Below are positions 1-9,393 of a DNA stretch of 64,000 nt, piece after piece. The position numbers and the translations under genes were made by a program. This stretch comes from a virus, in IMG/VR virus record IMGVR_UViG_3300030390_001024, positions 11,861-75,860 of that record; one strand, given 5' to 3'. Under the pieces are notes generated by a model, which saw only the letters and a list, made by a program, of their open reading frames with translations, made no database searches and was not told the origin of the DNA. The first letter of the stretch is position 1. Each line of letters opens with the position of its first letter.

Positions 1-1
1 T

Positions 2-454
2 CAGGTAGGTAGAGTTAGATTCTCTCCTTATCCTTATAAAGATGCTACATTAAATAATGGTAATGAAATCAAAAGAGACACAGAAGTTCTAAAAGCTATG
101 GTGTTTTTATCTGAAGTTGTAGGTAAAAGAAATGAGCTAGATGCTATTGAGGCTAATACAATTGAAGACTTTATGGTAAAGGCTGCAGTTGTATGTTCAG
201 AGACTGGATACATCAACGCATGCTTAGGTGCACGTGAATGGGAAAACAAAGAAGGTTATGTAAATAATGACTTGTTCTTACCAAAGATGAACAAAGAAGG
301 TGTACCTTTAGAAGCTTTAGAAATAGATAACTCTAGAATGTTGACGTTTGATAAAACAAACACACAGCACTTTAGACCATTACTAAAGAAAGAATCACCA
401 TCTGCTGCTAGTTTTGAACCAGCAAAAGCAAAAGGTGATGACTTTGATCTATAG
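2..454 (+). CDS. 5'-truncated protein, probable single-stranded DNA-binding protein (C-terminal part)
   Basis: The frame is open from the window edge (QVGRVRFSPYPYKD...). It ends in an acidic/hydrophobic tail (KGDDFDL) typical of SSBs and lies directly upstream of the primase. Confidence 0.5.
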   Translation, partial: QVGRVRFSPYPYKDATLNNGNEIKRDTEVLKAMVFLSEVVGKRNELDAIEANTIEDFMVKAAVVCSETGYINACLGAREWENKEGYVNNDLFLPKMNKEGVPLEALEIDNSRMLTFDKTNTQHFRPLLKKESPSAASFEPAKAKGDDFDL

Positions 455-463
455 ATGATAAAT

Positions 464-569
464 TATGAGGAGAGAGATGGACGAACGGCACATTGCCAAC
501 CAACATTAACAGGGTGTTTAAGAGCATCCAGTTTTTAATTAAATTTTTATATCCACCTCTCTCCTTATA
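464..569 (+). ncRNA. putative structured intergenic RNA element E1
   Basis: 18-position stem 464-481/552-569 (one G-U, one A-C mismatch). It encloses hairpins GGCA-cat-TGCC (487-497) and GGGTGTT-taag-AGCATCC (512-529). Confidence 0.5.
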
Positions 570-583
570 TTAATATAAACAAT

Positions 584-1558
584 ATGATAAGCACTAAGAA
601 CTTAGTATTACAACCTGCTGATGTTCCAAGTTATTGGGTGTTTCAATATTATTTATCTCTACCAGAAACCTTAACAGGACAAGATGTAAAGATTAAGTCT
701 GTCTTTAATCCTAATGAGAAAACTCCTAGTTTTTGTATTTATGTTGATAAATCTATAATGCAATATAAATTCAAGGATTTCTCCACCGGTAAGAGTGGTA
801 ACAAAGTTGATCTAGTTAAACACATGTTTGATATAGATTTTCCTAAAGCATCAATGAAAATAATAAATGATTACAATCAATACGTAAAGAGCACAGATTA
901 TAAAAAACAAACCTTCAAGCCCGTAGCTAAGTGGGAAGTTGACTTTATTAAAAATAGAGAATGGACAACTGATGATAGCGGGTTTTGGTTAGACTTTAAT
1001 ATAGGCAAGACTATGTTAGATAAGTTTAACGTTAGGCCAATTGAGTATTACAACTTAGTTAAAGAAGAGAACTTCAAAGTCAAATCTATGAAGATAGAGG
1101 GTAAGTATATGTACGGATACTATGATAAGAATGGTAAGGCCTATAAATTATACCAACCTCATAGTAAACACAAGTTTCATAAGATTAATCCACATCTACA
1201 AGGTTATGACCAGCTTAAATATAATAAACCATATTTAGTAATCTGCTCATCTCTTAAAGATGCAATGTGTTTAGCTAGCATTGGCTATAATATAGAAGTT
1301 ATAGCTCCTGACTCAGAGAATACTATGATTAAACCACATATAATAGAGTATCTTAAGAAGAAGTATAAAAAAGTAATAACACTTTTTGACAATGATGATG
1401 CAGGTAAAGCTGCTATCATGAAGTATGGAGATATGTATAAATTAGATGGCCTAATATTTCCTACTGCTAAAGATATTTCTGATGGTATGAAAGAAAATGG
1501 TCTTGATTATGTGCATGCTATTATACAACCAATACTAAAAAAAGTAATAAATAAATAA
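584..1558 (+). CDS. DNA primase (DnaG-like, degenerate Zn-binding domain + TOPRIM)
   Basis: N-terminal SVFNPNEKTPSF...FKDFSTG (CHC2-like fold lacking most Cys). TOPRIM motifs ICSSLKD, LFDNDDAG and KDISD. Confidence 0.85.
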   Translation: MISTKNLVLQPADVPSYWVFQYYLSLPETLTGQDVKIKSVFNPNEKTPSFCIYVDKSIMQYKFKDFSTGKSGNKVDLVKHMFDIDFPKASMKIINDYNQYVKSTDYKKQTFKPVAKWEVDFIKNREWTTDDSGFWLDFNIGKTMLDKFNVRPIEYYNLVKEENFKVKSMKIEGKYMYGYYDKNGKAYKLYQPHSKHKFHKINPHLQGYDQLKYNKPYLVICSSLKDAMCLASIGYNIEVIAPDSENTMIKPHIIEYLKKKYKKVITLFDNDDAGKAAIMKYGDMYKLDGLIFPTAKDISDGMKENGLDYVHAIIQPILKKVINK

Positions 1559-1559
1559 T

Positions 1560-1955
1560 ATGAGAAAAATAAGATGGTGGATACCAGGTAACGTACCCTC
1601 TAGTAAAAATGGAAGACGTTGGACAGGTAAATACTTTATTGCTAGCAAAGCTGTAATGAATTATAGAAAAGCTACTAAAGATATATACTTAGAATATGCT
1701 GAAGATTTTAAACAAGAATTAGAAAAGGTAAAGTTACCAGTAAAAATTTCTTTTTATTTTATTAGAGGTAGTCGTCACAAGTTTGATTATATAAATCCTG
1801 CACAAACTGTGCAAGATGATATGGTTAAATATGGATGGATTGAAGATGATAATGCTGAGTTTATAATTCCTGGCTTTGAACAATATACATATGATAAAGA
1901 AAACCCCGGTGTATGGATAGAACTAATTTTAGATGAAGAAGACAATAACAATTGA
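1560..1955 (+). CDS. RusA-like Holliday junction resolvase / endonuclease
   Basis: IPGNVPSSKN start, acidic D-x-x-N...DD...WIEDDN motif, RusA-like size and C-terminal strand. Confidence 0.7.
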   Translation: MRKIRWWIPGNVPSSKNGRRWTGKYFIASKAVMNYRKATKDIYLEYAEDFKQELEKVKLPVKISFYFIRGSRHKFDYINPAQTVQDDMVKYGWIEDDNAEFIIPGFEQYTYDKENPGVWIELILDEEDNNN

Positions 1956-2235
1956 TGAGTTCTTTAGAATTAAACAAATGCTTCAGGGTCTCCCAGAAGA
2001 TCAAGCTTTAGGATGTGTAATCTATAATAATTTAGATTATGCTGATAAAGATATACTAGATAGATTAATGTGTAAAGCATTAATGTTTGATGCTAGAGTA
2101 CAATTTTGTATAGCCGTAAAGTATGGTTTTAAAATGGGTTCACTCAAGTCTTCAAGAATATATCAGTCCTTAACAGAAAATAAATCAGATGAAGTATATA
2201 CTAATATATTAAGAAAAATAAAAAACTATGATTAA
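1933..2235 (+). CDS. hypothetical protein with helical motif shared with the 4671 and 5710 ORFs
   Basis: ORF overlaps both neighbours. Its ITIDEFFRIKQMLQGLPEDQALG segment resembles segments in two downstream proteins. Confidence 0.65.
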   Translation: MKKTITIDEFFRIKQMLQGLPEDQALGCVIYNNLDYADKDILDRLMCKALMFDARVQFCIAVKYGFKMGSLKSSRIYQSLTENKSDEVYTNILRKIKNYD

Positions 2236-3391
2236 TATACAAGATCAGGTTGCTAGAACAACTAAAACTCTAATATTTGATGAGCCCTTTTATGGGCTCT
2301 TTTTGATTGGTATCAATAAGAAGTATAGTTTACATATACCTACTGCAGGTGTAAGTAAACAAGGTATTGGTATGCAATTGACTATAAACCCTGAGTTCTA
2401 TTTAGAACTGAAAGAAGAGCATAGATATGGGCTTATAAAACATGAGCTATTACATATAGCTTTCGGACACTTAATTTTAAGGGACAGGTATTCTAATCAC
2501 AAGCTATTTAATATAGCTGCAGATTTAGAAATCAACCAATACATATTGGAAAGTAATCTTCCAGAAGGAGGATTATTATTGTCAAGTTTTCCAGAGCTTA
2601 ATCTACCAAGAAAAGCGGGTACAGATAAATACTATGAGCTCTTAGACAATGCTCAAGAGGATGGTACATCTCCTACATTAGATTCATTGATGAGTCAAAT
2701 GGACGGAACTACACCTCACTGTCATGCTACATGGGAAGAGTTTAATGATTTATCTGAAGCTGATAAGAAACTAGTTGAAAAACAAATTGAACATCAGTTA
2801 AAAGAATCTGCTGAACAAACTGTAAAAAGACAAGGTACTGTTCCAGGAGAGCTAGCTGATCTTATACATAGGCTTACACATATAGAGCCTGCAAAATTTG
2901 ATTGGAAAGGTTATTTAAGAAGATTTGTTGGTAACTCTAGTATAGTATATACAAAGAAGTTAAGACGTAAATACAACAAACGTTATGCTGCAAATCCAGG
3001 TCTTAAGATTAAGTTTAAGAATCATATACTTGTTGGTGTAGATACTAGCGGTTCTGTTAATAATGATGAGTTAACAGAGTTCTTTAGTGAGCTGGCACAT
3101 ATGCATAAGACAGGTCACAAGATTACAGTAGCACAGTGTGATACTCGGCTAGGTAGCGTGAAAGAGTTTAGTCCTAATAGAGATTGGGAAATACATGGTC
3201 GTGGTGGGACAAGCTTCCAACCAGTGATTGACCACTATAATGAAAAGAAAGGGCAATATACAGCTCTAATATATTTAACAGATGGTGAAGCTTATCCGCC
3301 TGAAGATTGTCCAAAGAATACCTTATGGTGTTTGAGTAGTATATCTCAGATGAATGATAACTTACCAGGAAAAGTAATAAAATTTAATTAA
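2228..3391 (+). CDS. DUF2201-type metallopeptidase + vWA domain protein
   Basis: HELLH zincin motif, NIAADLEIN, vWA MIDAS DTSGS, GRGGTSF, YLTDG; adjacent to a MoxR ATPase. Confidence 0.85.
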   Translation: MINIQDQVARTTKTLIFDEPFYGLFLIGINKKYSLHIPTAGVSKQGIGMQLTINPEFYLELKEEHRYGLIKHELLHIAFGHLILRDRYSNHKLFNIAADLEINQYILESNLPEGGLLLSSFPELNLPRKAGTDKYYELLDNAQEDGTSPTLDSLMSQMDGTTPHCHATWEEFNDLSEADKKLVEKQIEHQLKESAEQTVKRQGTVPGELADLIHRLTHIEPAKFDWKGYLRRFVGNSSIVYTKKLRRKYNKRYAANPGLKIKFKNHILVGVDTSGSVNNDELTEFFSELAHMHKTGHKITVAQCDTRLGSVKEFSPNRDWEIHGRGGTSFQPVIDHYNEKKGQYTALIYLTDGEAYPPEDCPKNTLWCLSSISQMNDNLPGKVIKFN

Positions 3392-3400
3392 TAAAATAAA

Positions 3401-4669
3401 ATGGCACAAGTAAATTTAAATGTAACAGAACTAAAAGGATTTGTAAATCACATAATAGAAAACAACAGATTTCTACAGAATGAAGGAAAGCATCCTGTAT
3501 CCGTAGAAGTAGTAGGTGAATCAGGTATTGGTAAAACGTCAAGTATTGTAGAGCTAGCATCAGATAATAATCTAAAATTTGTAAAGTTAAACTTAGCTCA
3601 GATAGAAGAGCTTGGTGATCTAGTTGGCTTCCCTGTACGTCAATTCCAAATGTATAAAGAAAAGATAGTAAAATCAAATAACAATAATATAAACATGGTA
3701 ACTGCAACACAAAGAGCAGCGGGTGCCAGTTTAGCTAATCTAAACTCTCAAGTTACTAAAAAAGTAGGCATGTGGGTTGATGAGCTAGCAGTACAAGAGT
3801 ATCTAAAGAATGGATACAAGATGACTGGTAAGAATAGAATGTCTTATTGTGCTCCTGAATGGATTGCTGATGCAAAGGCCGGTGGTATATTATTACTAGA
3901 TGACTGGAACCGTGCAGATACAAGATTCATTCAAGCAGTTATGGAATTGATAGACCGTCAGACTTATATCTCATGGACTCTTCCAAAAGACTGGCATATT
4001 ATATTAACAGCTAACCCGGACAATGGAGACTATATGGTTAATACTGTAGACAGTGCACAGAAGACAAGATATATTACTGCAAACTTAAAGTTTGATGTAA
4101 ATGTATGGGCGAAGTGGGCAGAGGAAGCAGGTATTGACACAAGATGTATTAACTTTCTATTGCTTCATCCTGAACTGGTAACACAAGAGACCAATGCAAG
4201 ATCTATTACAACCTTCTTTAATGCTATATCTAGCTTTGATAACTTTGAAGATAACTTAAGCATTATTCAAATGATTGGTGAAGGTAGTGTAGGTGATGCA
4301 TTTGCTTCTATGTTTACAACATTTATTAATAATAAACTAGACAAACTGGTTACTCCTAAAGATTTATTGACACATGATAATGAGTCTTATATATTAGGAG
4401 AGTTGCGTGGGTGTATTGGTAAAGATGATGACTACCGTGCAGATATTGCATCAACACTATCTACAAGACTTGCTAATTATGCAGTTGTATATTCAAAAGA
4501 AAATACAATAAATCAAAAGATTACTGAGAGACTTATAGCATTATGTACAAGAGATTACTTTACTAATGATCTTAAGTACTTAATAGTTAGAACAATCTTT
4601 AGCGGTAACAAGCAGAAGTTTAATAAGATGATGATGAATCCAGAAATAATTAAAATGACAATAAAATAA
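3401..4669 (+). CDS. MoxR-family AAA+ ATPase
   Basis: Walker A GESGIGKTS, GDLVGFP, Walker B ILLLDDWNRA, ILTANP, DSAQKTR arginine-finger region. Confidence 0.85.
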   Translation: MAQVNLNVTELKGFVNHIIENNRFLQNEGKHPVSVEVVGESGIGKTSSIVELASDNNLKFVKLNLAQIEELGDLVGFPVRQFQMYKEKIVKSNNNNINMVTATQRAAGASLANLNSQVTKKVGMWVDELAVQEYLKNGYKMTGKNRMSYCAPEWIADAKAGGILLLDDWNRADTRFIQAVMELIDRQTYISWTLPKDWHIILTANPDNGDYMVNTVDSAQKTRYITANLKFDVNVWAKWAEEAGIDTRCINFLLLHPELVTQETNARSITTFFNAISSFDNFEDNLSIIQMIGEGSVGDAFASMFTTFINNKLDKLVTPKDLLTHDNESYILGELRGCIGKDDDYRADIASTLSTRLANYAVVYSKENTINQKITERLIALCTRDYFTNDLKYLIVRTIFSGNKQKFNKMMMNPEIIKMTIK

Positions 4670-4670
4670 A

Positions 4671-5708
4671 ATGGCAAATAAATCAGTATATCAGGTTTAT
4701 GATGCTGATGCTTTAATACACTTTGATCTAGCCGGTGACCCTAAATATGGGTTACTGGTTGGTGATAAGTTTGAAGAAGTATTATGTACTCAAGACCAAA
4801 CAACATATGAAAAAGTAGAGAGTTTATTAACTACACCTACTGAAGATGCACAAACATTTAGAAATAAAAAGAAAGCTTTTATATTACCTAAGTGTGCAGT
4901 GTCTCAAGATAGATTAAAAGCAGCTCTAAGAGAGCATAGTATAACTGTAACTAATGATTATGAAAAAGCAGATCTAGTTATAGGACATGATAATATAAAG
5001 TGTGCTTCTAATAATGGTGAAAATGTACCATCTACAGCCATGATGACAAAGCTATGGAACTATGAGCTTACAGCTGGTTCAAGCAGTAATACATCTTCGC
5101 TAGCAACTAGGATTAAAAACTTGAATTGTTATGCTATAATTACAGAAAAGATAACTGAGAAAATTAACTACTATAATTTAGATACCGGAGATGCTAGTCT
5201 ATATGATAGTTGGATGTTAACAGGTATGGCTATAAACATAGCACATCTAATTGAAACAACTGACTTAAGTGTAATTGATACTGAAACTGTCTTGCGTAGT
5301 TCAGCAAATATGATTACTTTAGATGAACAATTATTGAAAGATCTTAAGTCTCAATTAAATAGTGGTTATCACTCAGAAGATAAAGCTTTAGCAGCTAAAA
5401 TTATACCTACTATAGATTATAAAACTAACTATCATTTATTGTGGGAGCTTGGTAGAGAATGTTCTAATATATTCCATGACTTCAATAGAGATAAAGACTT
5501 ATGGTTTTGGATTGAAGAATCTAAACTGCGTAAATTTAGCAATAAAACTGCACAGGATATGATACTGTGGTTAGAAGTAAATGAATTACTTAACAAAAAA
5601 AACTTCAAACATTTAGAACCTATAGTAAGACAAGAAATCACTATACATAATAGAGACCTTTATACATTTAAAGTGGCAGTAAAAAAAGAATACTTAAAAT
5701 ATTTATAA
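4671..5708 (+). CDS. hypothetical protein with BRCT-like segment
   Basis: KKAFILPKCAVSQDRLK...ITVTNDYEKADLVIG resembles a BRCT-type beta-alpha-beta unit; apparent paralog of the next ORF. Confidence 0.55.
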   Translation: MANKSVYQVYDADALIHFDLAGDPKYGLLVGDKFEEVLCTQDQTTYEKVESLLTTPTEDAQTFRNKKKAFILPKCAVSQDRLKAALREHSITVTNDYEKADLVIGHDNIKCASNNGENVPSTAMMTKLWNYELTAGSSSNTSSLATRIKNLNCYAIITEKITEKINYYNLDTGDASLYDSWMLTGMAINIAHLIETTDLSVIDTETVLRSSANMITLDEQLLKDLKSQLNSGYHSEDKALAAKIIPTIDYKTNYHLLWELGRECSNIFHDFNRDKDLWFWIEESKLRKFSNKTAQDMILWLEVNELLNKKNFKHLEPIVRQEITIHNRDLYTFKVAVKKEYLKYL

Positions 5709-5709
5709 A

Positions 5710-6867
5710 ATGAAAGAAAATCAAAATTATATAATAAAGTTTAGAACAGATACAAAATTCTGGTCTAGCGGACACCTACAGAAAGATGGTGTGGAGTTTG
5801 AAGAAGACGGCATATTCTTATTGGATGGTGCAAGTTGGCAAATATCACATGAAGACTTAAGCTTCTTAGGTATAACAAAGTTACCAGATGATTTTGACAT
5901 CACTAATAAAAAATTATACAGATATCCTAAATTAAATTTACCTAGACAAAAGGTAGATTTATTAAAAGAAAAGTATAATGTAAAAGTAATAAGAGATGTA
6001 GAAAAATCTGATATGCAAATTGTATCATTAAAGTTATTTAATACTATTGCTAGTAGCAGCTGGAATAAATCATACACTAAGAAAAATTTCTATGAGATAT
6101 GTAAAGAGCTAGTTAAAAGACATCTTTTATCTGATGATGCAAGAAAAAGAATTGGTGAAATATTACAAGATACACATTCAACTTCTAGATTTGATATTCG
6201 TTGTAACAAAGAAGATTGGAATGCTACAACAGCAACTAAGAGTAAAACTTTAGAAGAGGTTGTGCATGCAATGAAAAAAGAATTTGAAGGTGAATATCAT
6301 AAGACATATGTAATTAAAGAGACTAAACACATTGATACATATAATCAACTTATGAAAGGTAAGATGATTGTTCTTGATAGAGATATAGCTAAGATATGTT
6401 CAGAGGGTCTTGCTATAATTGGTAAGGATGATTATCCGCAATTAAAAAAGATGATAGTAAGCAATGACATAGAAAATAGAACAATTGCTTTAGAAACTTT
6501 AGCTAATTGTAATCTTGAAGCTTCCTTTGATGTGGTGGCCTTATTATTTTATTATTTCTTTGAGTGGTGTAAATCAACAAATAACTGGAATACAGTTAAT
6601 GTTAAAACTTTAAGAAATAGATTTAGTGATATGTCAACCTATGGAAATGAGAGTAATGGTAATTATCATACGCAGATAGTTAAATATTTATATGATGAAG
6701 GTTACTTAACTGAATTTGCTATAGAGACTATAAAGAAAAAGATCTTTGATAAAGTTATAACATCTGCAGGTATAAACCAAGAACGCTCAGCATTTGAAAT
6801 ATCTCTTGAAGATATAAAAATTAAAACACCATTTAAAGAATCAATAATAGAAAACATATGTTTATAA
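5710..6867 (+). CDS. hypothetical protein with BRCT-like segment, paralog of the 4671 ORF
   Basis: KKLYRYPKLNLPRQKVD...VKVIRDVEKSDMQIVS, plus the C-terminal helical motif QLKKMIVSNDIENRTIALE. Confidence 0.55.
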   Translation: MKENQNYIIKFRTDTKFWSSGHLQKDGVEFEEDGIFLLDGASWQISHEDLSFLGITKLPDDFDITNKKLYRYPKLNLPRQKVDLLKEKYNVKVIRDVEKSDMQIVSLKLFNTIASSSWNKSYTKKNFYEICKELVKRHLLSDDARKRIGEILQDTHSTSRFDIRCNKEDWNATTATKSKTLEEVVHAMKKEFEGEYHKTYVIKETKHIDTYNQLMKGKMIVLDRDIAKICSEGLAIIGKDDYPQLKKMIVSNDIENRTIALETLANCNLEASFDVVALLFYYFFEWCKSTNNWNTVNVKTLRNRFSDMSTYGNESNGNYHTQIVKYLYDEGYLTEFAIETIKKKIFDKVITSAGINQERSAFEISLEDIKIKTPFKESIIENICL

Positions 6868-7850
6868 CAAATACTGAAAAGGAAGAGCAGTTCTATGCAA
6901 ATAAAGATTTTTGCTTTAGCTATTCTTCCTTAAATAAATTATTATTTTCACCATCTTTATTCTATAAAGATTATATACTATTTGACCGTGAGGTTAGAAC
7001 AGATAAACATCTGATTGAAGGAAAGCTTATACACTGCCTGCTATTTGAAGCAGAGAACGTTGACAAAAAGTTCAGCGTTGTTCCAGGTAAGAGCCCAAGT
7101 GATAACATTAGGAAAGTGTTAAAGGACATGTCTATACATACTGATTCAGATACACTAGCAAGTTGTGAAGACTTTGTAATTTTAGATTCACTTAAGAATC
7201 TAAACCTGTATCAGTCTTTAAAAGCTGATGAGTCAAGGATTGCTAAGATAAGAACTACAGATAATGAACCATACTGGAAATTCTTAGGTAATAGTAATGT
7301 AGATGTTGTTGACCAAGATACTTTATCAAGATGTACAGAAAGAGTAGAGGTACTAAAGCAGAATAAAGATGTGATGTCTTTGTTTAGTGAAGTAAAAACA
7401 GACTTTGATTTAGACCCTATTGAAACATTTAGTGAGAAGTACCTTAAGTCTGAACTAATTGATTGTGATTTTGGCCTTCATGGTTACATAGATTATTATT
7501 CAGTAGACACAGATAAAAAAGAAGTTGTTATATGTGATCTTAAAACAACCGGGAAGACAGTCTCTGAGTTCAAAGACACTGTAGACTTTTATAACTATTG
7601 GCTTCAAGCAGCTATTTATATGAAGCTTGTCTATGATACTTTAGGTGATGATAAGGAACAATATAATATAGACTTTAAGTTTATTGTAATAGATAAATAT
7701 GATCAAGTTTACGTATTTGATGTGTCAAATAACACAGTAAATGACTGGGCGGATGGTCTTGGTGGTGCAATAAATACTGCAAAATTCCATTATAATAGTA
7801 GAAATTACTCATTACCTATTGAATTCTTAACAAATAAGATTAAATTATAG
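6858..7850 (+). CDS. PD-(D/E)XK exonuclease (RecE/ExoVIII-like)
   Basis: FSYSSL, GKLIHCLL, HGYID, ICDLKTT, YWLQAAIY motifs. Confidence 0.8.
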   Translation: MFITNTEKEEQFYANKDFCFSYSSLNKLLFSPSLFYKDYILFDREVRTDKHLIEGKLIHCLLFEAENVDKKFSVVPGKSPSDNIRKVLKDMSIHTDSDTLASCEDFVILDSLKNLNLYQSLKADESRIAKIRTTDNEPYWKFLGNSNVDVVDQDTLSRCTERVEVLKQNKDVMSLFSEVKTDFDLDPIETFSEKYLKSELIDCDFGLHGYIDYYSVDTDKKEVVICDLKTTGKTVSEFKDTVDFYNYWLQAAIYMKLVYDTLGDDKEQYNIDFKFIVIDKYDQVYVFDVSNNTVNDWADGLGGAINTAKFHYNSRNYSLPIEFLTNKIKL

Positions 7851-7851
7851 T

Positions 7852-8436
7852 ATGGGTAATGTATACACAGAATATTTTCAGAAGAGTAAAGTCTTCCTGT
7901 ATCCTTTACTAGCTTTAGGCAGGGGTATAAAGTATGTACCTAGGGAAACCTATTGTGCATGGGAAGATGTATACTCTACTGATGATATGATGTTATTATG
8001 TGTATATAAATGTAAACTGACTGCTGATTTTAAAAAGTTTGCAAATAGACATTTAATAGCACACCCATTATTCAGGGATCATATATCATTAGATGACAAA
8101 AGACAAATGTTTATATTCAACTTTGATAAACATTCTCATGATTATAAAAATTTTATAAAGGGTAAGTACTCTCAATACTCAATTAACGCAAAGATTTCAA
8201 TACTTGAATTCTTTGAAACAGCTGAGGAAGAGCAGATACAATATATACAAGGGTTTTTGCAGCCAGATGAAGTACATGAAGCATACGCTGAAGACTTAAA
8301 TGTAAACATAGAAATACTAGAAGATGTTTATGAAGTCTGTTCTGCACCAAACATGGAAAAGGAAATATTAATTGATAATAATGTTATTTTGACTCAATTA
8401 TTAAAAGAAAGTTCCATATATTTGACATCTAAATAA
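7852..8436 (+). CDS. conserved phage hypothetical protein
   Basis: 194-aa ORF tightly tiled in the operon; FIKGKYS motif of the type seen next to crAss-like exonucleases. Confidence 0.7.
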   Translation: MGNVYTEYFQKSKVFLYPLLALGRGIKYVPRETYCAWEDVYSTDDMMLLCVYKCKLTADFKKFANRHLIAHPLFRDHISLDDKRQMFIFNFDKHSHDYKNFIKGKYSQYSINAKISILEFFETAEEEQIQYIQGFLQPDEVHEAYAEDLNVNIEILEDVYEVCSAPNMEKEILIDNNVILTQLLKESSIYLTSK

Positions 8437-8444
8437 TAAATAAA

Positions 8445-8861
8445 ATGGCACAAATAGGACAAAATATGATGTTAGTAAATTCTACATTTAGAAATGCTAA
8501 ATCATTTACATTAATCCCAGTGAGTATGGACTCACCGTATACAGAAGCTATGTTTGACCCTGCGTCAGGCATCTTAGCAGTCATCAGTAAGGTAATGAAA
8601 CAATCATATCATATGGTTCCAAAACTAGATGATGATGGACAGCCCCTGAGACTTAAGAAACCTAATCCACAAACAGGAAAGACACACAAGGAAGAGAGAA
8701 GATTGGTAGACACCTTCTCTGAGTTTTATTTAAGTGATAGAGCAGATATTGAAACATTTATTCATATGTTTGCTGTTAATGCAGAAAACTTCTCAGTAGA
8801 AGAATTCTTTGTTGACTTAAAGAAAACGGAACCTTCTAAAATTATATTACCTGGTCAGTAG
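8445..8861 (+). CDS. hypothetical protein
   Basis: 138-aa ORF with an AT-rich translation initiation region; followed by a terminator. Confidence 0.7.
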   Translation: MAQIGQNMMLVNSTFRNAKSFTLIPVSMDSPYTEAMFDPASGILAVISKVMKQSYHMVPKLDDDGQPLRLKKPNPQTGKTHKEERRLVDTFSEFYLSDRADIETFIHMFAVNAENFSVEEFFVDLKKTEPSKIILPGQ

Positions 8862-8899
8862 TGTTGAGTTGAGTAATATCCTTATTGACTAAAAAAAAG

Positions 8900-8925
8900 A
8901 AAGCTCATTGATTTGGGCTTTTTTT
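8900..8925 (+). terminator. intrinsic terminator, possibly bidirectional
   Basis: AAAGCTCA-ttgatt-TGGGCTTT hairpin followed by a T-run and preceded by an A-run. Confidence 0.7.
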
Positions 8926-8945
8926 GGCTCTATTAAATAAATACT

Positions 8946-9233
8946 ATGCCTGAAGAAATAACAAGAGAACAAATAATGGATGTCAACATACTATTAGCAA
9001 TGAATAGATGTATGGCTGAAATTGCACATAATTTACAATATATACATACTCAACAAGTCAAACAGAGAATAAAGCACGTTATAAAAACTGTAGACTTATA
9101 TGATAGAGAAGTTAAGAAGAAACTAACAGATGATCAGTCAGCAGCTATAGAAGACATATATGACTGTATAATGGATCTAGTTTTAGAAGCTAAAGAAGTT
9201 ACTATAAAAAATACTAAAGATGAAAGAATATAA
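8946..9233 (+). CDS. hypothetical protein
   Basis: 95-aa helical ORF, tiled with neighbours. Confidence 0.65.
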   Translation: MPEEITREQIMDVNILLAMNRCMAEIAHNLQYIHTQQVKQRIKHVIKTVDLYDREVKKKLTDDQSAAIEDIYDCIMDLVLEAKEVTIKNTKDERI

Positions 9234-9393
9234 TCCTTATGCAATGTTAGTTGGCTATAGTATGGCCGGAGCTAATACACCTTTGGAAAAGAAAAAATAT
9301 ATAAGAATAGATAAGAGGACCAAAAAATATGGTAATCCTAGAAAACATAGGCCTGATTGGCAAGGTATAACTTATAAAACTAAAAAAACATGA
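9220..9393 (+). CDS. small basic hypothetical protein (57 aa, not in ORF track)
   Basis: MKEYNPYAMLVGY...KTKKT*. It fills the gap exactly, and its TGA overlaps the polymerase ATG (ATGA). Confidence 0.55.
   Translation: MKEYNPYAMLVGYSMAGANTPLEKKKYIRIDKRTKKYGNPRKHRPDWQGITYKTKKT

Noticed and set aside
3660-3770. N-rich insertion in the MoxR ATPase as a possible intein
   Set aside because: It is too short and lacks the C/S...HN intein termini; likely a variable loop.
8388-8424. Bacteroidota promoter TTTG...TATATTTG before the 8445 gene
   Set aside because: The -7 element is perfect, but the 25-nt spacer is outside the usual 19-21 nt. Possible but not supported enough to call.
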